A stretch of 64,000 nt of DNA, taken from Candidatus Latescibacterota bacterium (lineage in GTDB: Bacteria; Latescibacterota; UBA2968). Shown in pieces: positions 8,474 to 17,495 of the stretch (its first letter is position 1; each line of letters starts with the position of its first letter). A program made the position numbers and the translations under genes. The notes under the pieces were generated by a model that saw nothing but the letters and a program-made list of their open reading frames with translations, did no database searches and was not told the DNA's origin. The stretch spans positions 6,080,001-6,144,000 of the forward strand of contig OZ241986.1 in the NCBI GenBank assembly GCA_965204375.1. Direction: 5' to 3'.

Positions 8474-9523
8474 TTAACGCACCTCAAGCTCGTGTCGAAT
8501 CGCAGCACTGATTCCATTTGGCTTAAAGGTGACACAGCGATTCTCCTCATCACTGACTTCGAGACGGTGTAAGAGAAAGCCGTCAGAGCCAAGGGCCTGA
8601 TACGCCGCTTCTATACATTCAAAACTATGCGTGGTCGCAAATATCTGCACGCGGAACTGCTTGGCCGCTTCTTCAATGACCCGCCAGACATCGGGTAGCA
8701 CAGAGTGGTGAATACCATTTTCAACTTCATCTACCAGAACGACACCATCCGGTACGGAAGCTATGGATAAAACAAGACGGGCAATTTGGGTCATACCTTC
8801 GCCCATTACGGATAGCGGTACAAGTTCGGGCCAACCAATATCTCCCCAGATCATGGGAGTGCCGCTGGAAGAATTGTCTTCGATACTCTGTAATCTTGGC
8901 TCAAAGACCCGTAGTGCTTTTAAGAGCATATCTCCCTGTTTCTGCTGTCTTAATCTGCCTAGCTTTACGGCATCTTCTTGGATATTCCCGATTCGAGACA
9001 AGAGAATTATCCCATTAAACGGAGCTTTTGTGTCAGGATGATAAGTCTCCAAACCTTGTCCCTTTATACGTATATAGCTTTCAACCGCTTTACCTGAAGG
9101 ACCGGTATACTGAAATACGAGAGAACGTTCGTCAAAAAAATTTGTCATCGAAGTTCCATTTGTGCGATCAAGAGAAATCTCAGTGGTGGGCTCTCGTTCT
9201 AATGAGATCTTTAAAGCCAATTGACCATGTGACGTATGATCTGCCTCTATCTCAATGCACTGGCCCATGTTCAGGTCAGAAAAGAGATGTTTCCAGAATG
9301 GTTCACCTGGTGGAACTAATGCCGGAAAAAACTCTAGGCCTCGAATAACATTGTTATTTCTCGCCATTTGCACGTTTCCTGCTCCAGCTAGCAAAAAAAT
9401 TGCCTCGAGTAAACTGGTCTTGCCAGAATTATTTTTTCCGGCCATGAGATTAATCCCGCTCAATTGGTCAATTTTGAGCGCGTTGAAGCCGCGAAAATTT
9501 CGTATCTGCAAGCGTTTCAACAT
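8474..9523 (-). CDS. ABC/AAA ATPase, paralogue of 2097..3182
   Basis: GKNNSGKT, MGEGM, LVDEVENGIH, ATTHS; same C-terminal EVR. Confidence 0.9.
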   Translation of the reverse strand: MLKRLQIRNFRGFNALKIDQLSGINLMAGKNNSGKTSLLEAIFLLAGAGNVQMARNNNVIRGLEFFPALVPPGEPFWKHLFSDLNMGQCIEIEADHTSHGQLALKISLEREPTTEISLDRTNGTSMTNFFDERSLVFQYTGPSGKAVESYIRIKGQGLETYHPDTKAPFNGIILLSRIGNIQEDAVKLGRLRQQKQGDMLLKALRVFEPRLQSIEDNSSSGTPMIWGDIGWPELVPLSVMGEGMTQIARLVLSIASVPDGVVLVDEVENGIHHSVLPDVWRVIEEAAKQFRVQIFATTHSFECIEAAYQALGSDGFLLHRLEVSDEENRCVTFKPNGISAAIRHELEVR

Positions 9524-9691
9524 CGCGTTTCAATCCTCGCTTATATCTGATTTTCCAGATTACTTCTACGCTAACTTACAATTATTTCGGAAGCGCGGTT
9601 CAAAGTATTATAATATCCAAATTCGGTGCAAATATCAAATTATTCGTCTCTTATGCCATACTCACCTGCCAACCGCCAAGACTATGTAGAG

Positions 9692-10612
9692 TTATAGGGA
9701 CGAACTCCGAAAGCGCACGAAGCGATGCTCAAGGAAATCACGATCCGGCCAATCTTCCTGTTCTCTTGGAAGCCGGAGTTGCGTTCCATTGAGGTCTTTG
9801 AGAGCTACCAAAAGATCGCCATCTTCTTGATCGTGCAACTGCGGCGACACATGGACTTGAAAATCGGGGTCAACACCGATCAAGTGCCGATCAAAGGCGA
9901 GATGGTGCAGTGCAGACATGCATATCCCATTCTGAATCGAAGGAGGGCCACCTTCGGCATCAGGTATAATATGGGCACCGACCAACAGTTCGCGCACCGG
10001 TAATCCGCTGAATGCACATCTCCATTGGTATGCCGTTTTAATACGAAAGCTAAACCAGGCCTGGTGGTTTCTGATGCGTGTCATTTTTCGGGAATAGGAA
10101 GCTTCAATGCTATCTCTCGCGGTAATAGCTGCTACCTCCGGGACCTCAAAGTCTGCCGTCACCAGTAGCACGTATCCTTCCTCCTGTTTGAAATCTTTGA
10201 CCCAGATCGGAAATATCGGCTGATATATAGCTGGTTCGAGACCTTTGAAGTAGATAAGCGGTGCGTTCCGTTCCCTTGCGGCTAATAGTGCTTGGTTGGT
10301 TGGGTCATTCCGTCCGCCGCGTGCGAGATCATAACGAAGCAGACCGGTATCGTGGTCCAGGGAATCGAGATCCTGATCGCGATACCATCGCGACCTTCCG
10401 GTGCGAGGGACTGTCGTCTTGATGCTAAGAGCAGCACTCATCTGTCGTGGCTTGAAGATACCTTTCGCTCGGTTGGCGAACAACACATGTTCGCCATCCA
10501 CTTGGAAACCCATCCTGATTGCCTCCCAGGGGACCTGCTCGCCACACTGACGTGAAATTTTTTCAATGGCGACGAATGCTGCAGCACGAATATGTTTATC
10601 TGGATCGGTCAT
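9692..10612 (-). CDS. HNH endonuclease (putative modification-dependent restriction enzyme)
   Basis: RCAFSG...GAHIIPD...NGICMSALHHLAFD HNH_2 pattern in the C-terminal half. Confidence 0.85.
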   Translation of the reverse strand: MTDPDKHIRAAAFVAIEKISRQCGEQVPWEAIRMGFQVDGEHVLFANRAKGIFKPRQMSAALSIKTTVPRTGRSRWYRDQDLDSLDHDTGLLRYDLARGGRNDPTNQALLAARERNAPLIYFKGLEPAIYQPIFPIWVKDFKQEEGYVLLVTADFEVPEVAAITARDSIEASYSRKMTRIRNHQAWFSFRIKTAYQWRCAFSGLPVRELLVGAHIIPDAEGGPPSIQNGICMSALHHLAFDRHLIGVDPDFQVHVSPQLHDQEDGDLLVALKDLNGTQLRLPREQEDWPDRDFLEHRFVRFRSSSL

Positions 10613-11490
10613 TTTTCACCCGATAACTCGGCATACTCAATTTCCAGTGGCTGGGAGATGCGTTTGGCAAGTTCCAGGAGGTCGGGTCGGTCGGGGGGGA
10701 AATCTTTCTCCATCTTTCCATCGGGATACACAGTTACTGTGTCTATCCTTTTGATGAATCCCTTCTTGGCTGTCGCTCGATTGACCTGGAGGCCGTCCTT
10801 TGAAATTGCCATGCGAGTCTGTAAAATGCGTCCTTCGCCGATAATTCGAAAAAGAAAGCCCAGGATGCCGGATGTTGGGCGCCCTGTAAGCCCTTTGATC
10901 TCATCATAGATAACCCAATTTCCAAAATCCAGCAGTCGATAGGTCATCACCCGCCGATTGGTTACTTTGAGATTCGGCGTCGAAAGCGTATCCATGTACG
11001 AATACCGATTCGACTTGCCGGGCTGGTCTTCCCACCAGATTCGCACATTTACTGCCAGTTCTGGCGTTGGGGCTTCCTTTACCTCGCGGATGACCCGATC
11101 TACCCGATAATCTACTTCCATATTCTGTTTGTGTTGATAGGATAACTGCGCGTACTGGGGCATCGCGTCTTCCGCGCGTGCGGTCACTTCCATAAATGCC
11201 TGAAACCAGTTTTCGTACCCAATAAATAGCGGTAGTCCCTGTGGATCACGCGCCCTTGCCTTCTGTGCGAGATAAAGGATCATCTCCCCCTGAAAACGCG
11301 CACCATTGGTCGTAGCTGTCGGGTCGTAATTATCACATTGCCGCATCGCTTCTATTATCTCTGCCCGACTCACCACCTGATACCCCGGACGCACGCCGTC
11401 TGCTTCGACACATGCCGGCCGATCCAGCGAAAAGAAAAAACAAAGGAGGGTTGCGATTCTCAACCCTCCAATGTAGTGAAAGTTCGTCAT
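10609..11490 (-). CDS. Hypothetical, probably exported protein (tandem paralogue 1)
   Basis: Long ORF highly similar to the adjacent ORF; hydrophobic N-terminus; SD-like AAGGGA before ATG 11490. Confidence 0.75.
   Translation of the reverse strand: MTNFHYIGGLRIATLLCFFFSLDRPACVEADGVRPGYQVVSRAEIIEAMRQCDNYDPTATTNGARFQGEMILYLAQKARARDPQGLPLFIGYENWFQAFMEVTARAEDAMPQYAQLSYQHKQNMEVDYRVDRVIREVKEAPTPELAVNVRIWWEDQPGKSNRYSYMDTLSTPNLKVTNRRVMTYRLLDFGNWVIYDEIKGLTGRPTSGILGFLFRIIGEGRILQTRMAISKDGLQVNRATAKKGFIKRIDTVTVYPDGKMEKDFPPDRPDLLELAKRISQPLEIEYAELSGEK
11430..11469 (-). terminator. Terminator-like hairpin inside the 5' end of paralogue 1
   Basis: 9-bp stem GGAGGGTTG/CAACCCTCC, 7-nt loop, followed on the minus strand by TTTGTTTTTTCTTTT. 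Confidence 0.55.
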
Positions 11491-11543
11491 ATTATCCCTT
11501 AATCCATTAGCACAAGAACGCGGTGCCAGACAGTTTGGGGGTA

Positions 11544-12419
11544 TCATCTATCGCCCGATAACTTCGCATAATCAATTTCCAGCGGCTGCATGATTCGTTT
11601 TTCCAGTTCCAGGAGATCGGGCCGGTCAGGTGGAACATCTTTCTCCATTTTTCCATCGGGATATATGGTCACGGTGGTCGTCTTTTCTATGAATCCCTTT
11701 TTTGCTGTCGCTCGCATGACCTGGAGGCCGTCCTTTGAAACTGTCATGCGAGTCTGTAAAATGCGTCCTTCGCCGATAAACCGAAAAAGAAAACCCAGTA
11801 CGCCGGATGTTGGGCGCGCTGTAACGCCGTCGAACTCATCATAGGCAATCCAGTTTCCAAAATCCAGCAGTCGAAAGGATATCACCTGTCGATTGGTTAC
11901 TCTCAAATTCGGTATTGAGAGCGTATCCCGGTACGAATACCGATCCGGCTTGCCGGGCTGGTCTTTCCACCAAACTCGTACATTTGCTGCCAGTTCTGGC
12001 GTTGGGGCTTCCTTTACCTTGTTTATGACTCGATCTGCCCGATAATCTATTTCCGTATTCTGTTTGTATTGATAGGATAACTGTGCGTACTGGGGCATCG
12101 CGTCTTCCGTGCGTGCAGTCACTTCCATAAATGCCCGAAACCAGTCCTCATACCCGATAAATAGCGGCAGTCCTTGCGGATCGCGCTCCCGTGCCTTTCG
12201 CGCGAGATAAGACACCACATCTGCTTGAAAACGCGCACCATTGGTCGTCGCTGTCGGATCGTAATCGCTACACTGCCGCATCGCCTCTATTATCTCTGCC
12301 CGACTCACCACCTGATACTCAGGGCGCACGCCGTCTGCACATACTTGTTGATCCAATAAAAAGAAAAAACAAAGGATGGTTGCGATTCTCAACCATCCTT
12401 TGTTGTGAAAGCCCGTCAT
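11544..12419 (-). CDS. Hypothetical, probably exported protein (tandem paralogue 2)
   Basis: Shares blocks such as YDPTATTNGARFQ and RPTSG.LGFLFR with paralogue 1; AAGGA before ATG 12419. Confidence 0.75.
   Translation of the reverse strand: MTGFHNKGWLRIATILCFFFLLDQQVCADGVRPEYQVVSRAEIIEAMRQCSDYDPTATTNGARFQADVVSYLARKARERDPQGLPLFIGYEDWFRAFMEVTARTEDAMPQYAQLSYQYKQNTEIDYRADRVINKVKEAPTPELAANVRVWWKDQPGKPDRYSYRDTLSIPNLRVTNRQVISFRLLDFGNWIAYDEFDGVTARPTSGVLGFLFRFIGEGRILQTRMTVSKDGLQVMRATAKKGFIEKTTTVTIYPDGKMEKDVPPDRPDLLELEKRIMQPLEIDYAKLSGDR
12358..12404 (-). terminator. Terminator-like hairpin inside the 5' end of paralogue 2
   Basis: 15-bp perfect inverted repeat AACAAAGGATGGTTG/CAACCATCCTTTGTT with the same loop and a T-run. 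Confidence 0.6.
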
Positions 12420-12537
12420 GTCATTCCTTAATCGCAATCACAGATTGGCGCGAATATTTCTCAATCACTGAAAACGCATCCCCTATCTCCTGCCAGGCCC
12501 CAATCCGCGTCATCCCGTAATCCCCGTAATCCGCGAT

Positions 12538-13392
12538 CTAATTTTTCAACACAATGAGGATGCGCTGACCGACGAGCAAAGGATCGGAAAAGGAGATGGT
12601 GAGGGTTTGGGCTTCTTTATCCTCGCTGAGTGCGTATTCTTTGTCTTTGCTCAGTTTGCCATGGTCGTCGCATACGGCGGCGAGTTCGCCCTGTACAGTA
12701 ATGTTTTCTCCGATGGCAACTTTCTTAACGTCGGTGTTGTCAACATCGGGGAAATTTATAATTTTGTAGTTTTTGCGAATCCTTCGCCAGGTATGGAGAT
12801 ACCCCTGTTCTTTCAGGTTATCTTCAATGCCGACATAGACGAGGACTGAACTGATAATTTCTTTGGCATCCTCAAGGTCTTCTTTGGTGACCTGGAGGTC
12901 TTCTTTGGTGACCTGAAGATCCTGTTGGGTAGCCTGAAGATCTTCGCGCAATTTTTGGCTTTCTTTATGAGCTTTTTCGAGGGCCTCTGTTACGCGTTGA
13001 AGGCGACTGGTTTGCTCGAAGAGGCTGTTGCGAAGGCTGTCGCGAGCGGCTTGAACATGTTCGAGATCACCTTGCAGACTCACGGTGAGACGCCGATATT
13101 CTTTCATCTCATTGGTAACGCGGTGGAGTGTGGTCAGCAAAACCTTATTCGATGTGCTGGCACTATCCATTTGCGCACGCACGGAATCAATGCGGACATT
13201 TAGTCCCTCGACTACCATATTTAGAGAGTCTATCAGCGCTGCATCGCGTTTGGCTTCTTCTTCTATTTGCATGACGTAGGGACTTTCCTTAATAATTTCC
13301 TCTTCGCTGGGCAAAAACGCGATGTACAAGAGAAGGGCCAGTGCGATGGCGGCAATGCCAATCACCAGGATAATTTGCTTGTTGTTGTTCAC
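12538..13392 (-). CDS. Membrane-anchored coiled-coil protein (Cbp1 adhesin-like architecture)
   Basis: N-terminal TM helix, long heptad region, C-terminal beta-rich domain starting YVGIEDNLKEQGYL. Confidence 0.6.
   Translation of the reverse strand: MNNNKQIILVIGIAAIALALLLYIAFLPSEEEIIKESPYVMQIEEEAKRDAALIDSLNMVVEGLNVRIDSVRAQMDSASTSNKVLLTTLHRVTNEMKEYRRLTVSLQGDLEHVQAARDSLRNSLFEQTSRLQRVTEALEKAHKESQKLREDLQATQQDLQVTKEDLQVTKEDLEDAKEIISSVLVYVGIEDNLKEQGYLHTWRRIRKNYKIINFPDVDNTDVKKVAIGENITVQGELAAVCDDHGKLSKDKEYALSEDKEAQTLTISFSDPLLVGQRILIVLKN
12875..12945. repeat. 21-nt in-frame tandem repeat (EDLQVTK heptad)
   Basis: aggtcttctttggtgacctg repeated, plus degenerate copies. Confidence 0.75.
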
Positions 13393-13510
13393 GAGGTACC
13401 TCCTGAAAAAGAGACGGTTGCAAAAAATGGGTGTTGGAGAGCAAGAGGTTTTATATGGGGCTGTCCCTGCTCTGGATTATTTGCGTGGTGAAACTGTGTG
13501 GTCCTCCCTA

Positions 13511-14938
13511 TTATGGTGTTATTACGGTTTCGCGGTTGGGAAACCCGCCGCCCAATGCGAGGTGAAGGTCTATGCGCGCCTGGAGTCGTTGCTGGCGCAC
13601 AACGAGCAATTGGCTTTCGGTCAGGTAAGCCGTGTTGCGCGTTTGAAGCACGGTCAACAGGTCTATAAGCCCTCTGTAATATCTATCTTCTGCCAAGCGG
13701 CGTGCTTCCCTCGCCTGTTCAGCGGCGGTTTCCAGAGCGGTCTGGCGCTTTGCCAGATGCGCTTCTGCAGAGAGTGCATTTTCAACTTCGCCATATGCTT
13801 GCAAAACGGTTTGGGCAAATAGTGCGGCGGCTTCGTTTTCCCTGGCACTTGCCAGGTCGATGTTGCCCTGTATGCGCCCGCCCTGTAAGAGGGGTTGTGT
13901 GAGGTTGCCGATCAGGTTCCACACGCTGAAGTCTCCATTGAGCAGGTTGCCCAGTGCGTCGGTGCTGGTTCCGCCCGATGCGGTCAGGCTGATGCGCGGA
14001 TAACGCAGGCGTTTGGCGGCTTTGTGATTGGCCTGAGACGCGGCAAATTGGCGTTCAACTGCAATGAGGTCGGGGCGTCGAGAAATGAGATCTGCCGGAA
14101 GGCCCGCGGGCACTGGATGTGGTATCTGGGGAAGGTCATCAGCTATGGCGAATGTGCCCGATGGATAGCGACCGATGAGCACTTCGAGTTGGCGAATAGC
14201 CATTTCATAGCGTTGTTCGCGCTGGTGCAGGCGGTCTTGCGATAGCGCGAGTTCCGATTGGCTCTGGCGCATGTCGAGCGAGGATCGCACCCCGCGTTCG
14301 TAGCGCGTGCGTACTTGTTTGTGGTTGGTGAGGCTATTTTCGTAAGTTGCTTGCGCGAGTTCGAGTTGACGCCTGGCTTCGATGGTGGCAAACCACGCTT
14401 TGGCGGTTTGTGCCGCCAGTGACATGCGCGCGCCCCGATACGTGGCCTGTGTTGCCTGATACGTGGCCTGCGCAGCCGCAGCACTTGCGCCAAGCCGTCC
14501 CCAGAGATCAATTTCCCACGCGGCATTGATGGAAACGCCATAGGTGGTGTTGGTATTTGAGAGTACCTCTCCAGGCGCCTGACCGGGGATGGGAAATCCG
14601 ATGAAGTTTTGTTTCCGTCTCAATCCCGATGATCCCGCGCTGAGTTGCGGGTATAGGGGTGCGCCGGCCAATTTGGCCTGTGCGCGTGCGGCTTTGAGAC
14701 GCGCTGCAGCAGCGTGCAGATTGTGGTTGTACGCGAGTGCTTGTGCGATTGTGCTGTCGAGACGGCTATCGTTAAATGTCGTCCACCAAAGGGTGTCTGC
14801 AGGTGTTGTTGTGGCGGTTTCTGTCTGATAAGCACGAGGTGGCTGGACAGGGGATTGTTGCACGCGAGGCGCGGAAGCACAAGCTGTCATGAGAGCAAAG
14901 CAGAGTACAAAGAAGTGCCAGGTCGGGTGGGTACTCAT
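13511..14938 (-). CDS. Efflux outer-membrane lipoprotein (NodT/OprM/TolC family)
   Basis: Lipobox MTAC, WWTTFND, WEIDLWGR, LISRRPDL, LHLALGGG. Confidence 0.92.
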   Translation of the reverse strand: MSTHPTWHFFVLCFALMTACASAPRVQQSPVQPPRAYQTETATTTPADTLWWTTFNDSRLDSTIAQALAYNHNLHAAAARLKAARAQAKLAGAPLYPQLSAGSSGLRRKQNFIGFPIPGQAPGEVLSNTNTTYGVSINAAWEIDLWGRLGASAAAAQATYQATQATYRGARMSLAAQTAKAWFATIEARRQLELAQATYENSLTNHKQVRTRYERGVRSSLDMRQSQSELALSQDRLHQREQRYEMAIRQLEVLIGRYPSGTFAIADDLPQIPHPVPAGLPADLISRRPDLIAVERQFAASQANHKAAKRLRYPRISLTASGGTSTDALGNLLNGDFSVWNLIGNLTQPLLQGGRIQGNIDLASARENEAAALFAQTVLQAYGEVENALSAEAHLAKRQTALETAAEQAREARRLAEDRYYRGLIDLLTVLQTRNTAYLTESQLLVVRQQRLQARIDLHLALGGGFPNRETVITP

Positions 14939-15034
14939 TCTCAATCTCCTGAATGAAGCTGACTGCTGATTGCGCTTATCATAAAGAAACTTTTATTTTT
15001 GTCAATATATATCGCAATCGGAGAGGATTAGATT

Positions 15035-15982
15035 ATGGCGACGCATTGTTTTGCAGGCATACTCGAAAGCACGTCGGTTAATATAGGATTGACACTGGGA
15101 TCGGGGCAGGTGTTTCGATGGGGACGAGATGTCGATGGGTGGTGGAAGGGTATTGCTTATGGCGTGGTTGTGCACCTGAGACAGATGGGAGATCAGATCC
15201 AATATCGCGCGTCGTCTGAGCGGGTGGCTACATACTGCGGCGAGATGGCGATTGATGATTTTTTGAGGTGGTATTTAAGATTGGATCACATGCCCCGGAT
15301 CAGGGTACCGCGCGGGGATACCTATTTGCGAAAGGCGCGGGATTTGTTGAAGGGGTTACAATTTGTTCGCCAGGAGCCATTCGAGTGTATTATTTCTTAT
15401 GTTCTCTCGGTTCAAGCACATATGTCGTTGACCAAAAAGCGGATCGGATTTATTGCGCGAACTCTGGGCGAGAGACGGGTTTTTGAGGGCGAGACGTACT
15501 GGACATTTCCAGAACCCGATGCCCTATCTGAGTTGGACAGCGGATTTTACAGGCGTTACCGTTTTGGTTGGCGTTCGGAGCGGGTGGCTGAAACCGCGCG
15601 TTTTATCGCAGGGTCGGTGCGCGATGAGGCAGACCTGGATACCTGGCGGTGTATTTCTGATGACTTGCACGCGCTGTCCGGCAGTGGGGTTGGCATTAAG
15701 GTGGCGCGGTGTATTGATCTGTTCGCGCTGGGTCGGCTCTATGCTGTTCCGGTTGATACATGGGTGCGAAAATTTGCCCGAGAATGGTACGGTGTAACGG
15801 GTTCAGATGCGAAGATATGCCAGTGGGGCGAGGCGCGATGGGGCAAGTGGGCGGGCTATTGCAATGAGTATTTGTTCGCGTATTATCGCGAGTTGTATGG
15901 TCCCACGCTGTATGATCGAGTGCTTTCTTTTGATGCTTCTGATGCAGCTTCAGCGGTGATGCCGTTTGAAGATCAAGTGTGA
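15035..15982 (+). CDS. 8-oxoguanine DNA glycosylase (OGG1-like, HhH-GPD)
   Basis: TLGSGQVFRW N-domain, RQEPFECIISY, HhH GVGIKVARC, PVDTWV. Confidence 0.85.
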   Translation: MATHCFAGILESTSVNIGLTLGSGQVFRWGRDVDGWWKGIAYGVVVHLRQMGDQIQYRASSERVATYCGEMAIDDFLRWYLRLDHMPRIRVPRGDTYLRKARDLLKGLQFVRQEPFECIISYVLSVQAHMSLTKKRIGFIARTLGERRVFEGETYWTFPEPDALSELDSGFYRRYRFGWRSERVAETARFIAGSVRDEADLDTWRCISDDLHALSGSGVGIKVARCIDLFALGRLYAVPVDTWVRKFAREWYGVTGSDAKICQWGEARWGKWAGYCNEYLFAYYRELYGPTLYDRVLSFDASDAASAVMPFEDQV

Positions 15983-16068
15983 AGTGAGAAGTAAGAAGTG
16001 AGAAGCCACCCAACACCTCCCCAGAGCGGGTGCTTCTTCACACTTCACACTTCATCCTTCACACTTCT
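15977..16068. repeat. Inverted heptamer-repeat element (GAAGTGW)n...(CACTTCA)n between convergent genes
   Basis: gtgtgaagtgagaagtaagaagtgagaag ... cttcacacttcacacttcatccttcacacttc. Confidence 0.7.
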
Positions 16069-17340
16069 TTATTCTCTCGCGTATTTGGGGTTGCCAAAGC
16101 CGTCGTTGACGATGTGAGAGCGGGCGGGGATTTCGGATTTCTCGGGAATGATGAGGTCCAGTTCGGTGCTGTTTTCGACTATTGTGCCGTCGCCCACGCG
16201 CACGTGATCTCCAAGGATGATTTTTCCCGGGTCTCGGGAACCTGAGCGCACGGTGCCGAGCACGACTGATGATGCGATTTGGCAGCCGATGCCGGTTTCG
16301 ACAAAGCCGTAGATGTCTGTGCCACTGCCAATTGTAGAGCGGTCGCCTATGATGACGGGACCGAGCAAGGTGGCATCTGTGCCTATTCTTACAAAATTGC
16401 CAATGGTGGGATGTCGTTGCCGCGCTCTTCCTGTCAGTCCGCCGAGTGTGCAGGGGTAGATGATGCATCCATAGCCTATGATGCCCGTTTGACCGGTTGT
16501 GAGGCCGCGGTGAGGGTGTTCGAGAAAGTTGGCGTCTGCAATGGTGGTTTCCGGGTGAAGGTCGGCCTGATAATAACGCCCGCCGAGTTCTGAAATGGCA
16601 CGGGGCAGGAGGGGGATGGGCGTGCAATTAAAATTTTCAACCACGCCGGTTTGGGTGAGGGCGTTGGCGATGTCGTGGTAAAACAAGACGCGCCATCCGG
16701 GATAGGCACTGGCGACGAGTTGCATCTGATATGCGAAGGCAGATTGCAGGCCCTTTTCGGCGAGAAAGGTTTCGTAGAGATCAAAGTCGCGCGCTTCAAT
16801 GGCTCTGTCAATGGTAGGTGCAAATGTGAGGGCGGCGAGGTCGCTGTCATCCAGGTTGTGTAGTTTGCGTAGATACGCATCCCATACGGCGGGGTCTTTG
16901 AGCGATGCAAATCGGTTCCAGAGTGCGCGGGTTTTGAGTTGGGTCAGTCGAGAGATGAGCGCGAAGGCTGATTGTAGTGCTATGTCTTCTATGGGACCGT
17001 TTTCACCCTGCGCGGCTTGAAGCGATTGGTAGATCATAGCGTAGAGCTGATCGGCAATTTCTTCGATGTTTTCAGTCAGGGTCGCCTGCGCGGTTTCGGA
17101 TGCATTGTGAGAACCGGGTGCGACGCATTCGAGGAGGTTGCCGAGTACGGTTTCGAGCAGGTCGCGATTGACAAAACCGCGGCCTGAGCGTTGCGAAAGG
17201 ATCGCGCGATTGATGGGGTCAATGCGAAGCGCAGCCAGTTCCTCTGCTGTGTAAATCGGGCGAATTTGATCGATTGCTTTTTCGAGGAGCGGGCGTTTGC
17301 GGTTTGCATACGCGGTGTCGAATAAGGTGGTGTTGTTCAA
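16069..17340 (-). CDS. Serine O-acetyltransferase-like hexapeptide-repeat protein with a long N-terminal domain
   Basis: DLHPETTI...FLEH...TLGG...RHPTIG...LLGPVIIG, a CysE-type left-handed beta-helix. Confidence 0.7.
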   Translation of the reverse strand: MNNTTLFDTAYANRKRPLLEKAIDQIRPIYTAEELAALRIDPINRAILSQRSGRGFVNRDLLETVLGNLLECVAPGSHNASETAQATLTENIEEIADQLYAMIYQSLQAAQGENGPIEDIALQSAFALISRLTQLKTRALWNRFASLKDPAVWDAYLRKLHNLDDSDLAALTFAPTIDRAIEARDFDLYETFLAEKGLQSAFAYQMQLVASAYPGWRVLFYHDIANALTQTGVVENFNCTPIPLLPRAISELGGRYYQADLHPETTIADANFLEHPHRGLTTGQTGIIGYGCIIYPCTLGGLTGRARQRHPTIGNFVRIGTDATLLGPVIIGDRSTIGSGTDIYGFVETGIGCQIASSVVLGTVRSGSRDPGKIILGDHVRVGDGTIVENSTELDLIIPEKSEIPARSHIVNDGFGNPKYARE

Positions 17341-17411
17341 AGCTAACCTCTTGTGCGAATCTACGGAACGGGGTACAACTGCGCCAGCAGTTCATCTACG
17401 AAAGAGAACAC

Positions 17412-17492
17412 CCTTCGTGTCCTTTGTGTCCTTCGTGGATAATTTTTGGGCGGTAGGGCGGGGTTCGTCTATTCGTCTATTCGTCTATTCGT
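17412..17492. repeat. Short intergenic tandem repeats (9-mer and 8-mer)
   Basis: ccttcgtgt/cctttgtgt/ccttcgtgg and (ttcgtcta)x3. Confidence 0.65.
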
Positions 17493-17495
17493 TTT

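Noticed and set aside
9121-9130. GAACGTTC copies at about 9123 and 53211 as SOS boxes
   Set aside because: Inside coding sequence and lacking the flanking half-site
11505-11530. TGGCAC upstream of paralogue 1 as a sigma54 site
   Set aside because: No GC at the required GG-N10-GC spacing
15977-16068. Periodic repeats as a CRISPR array
   Set aside because: 7-9 nt units with no unique spacers, and no cas genes in the window
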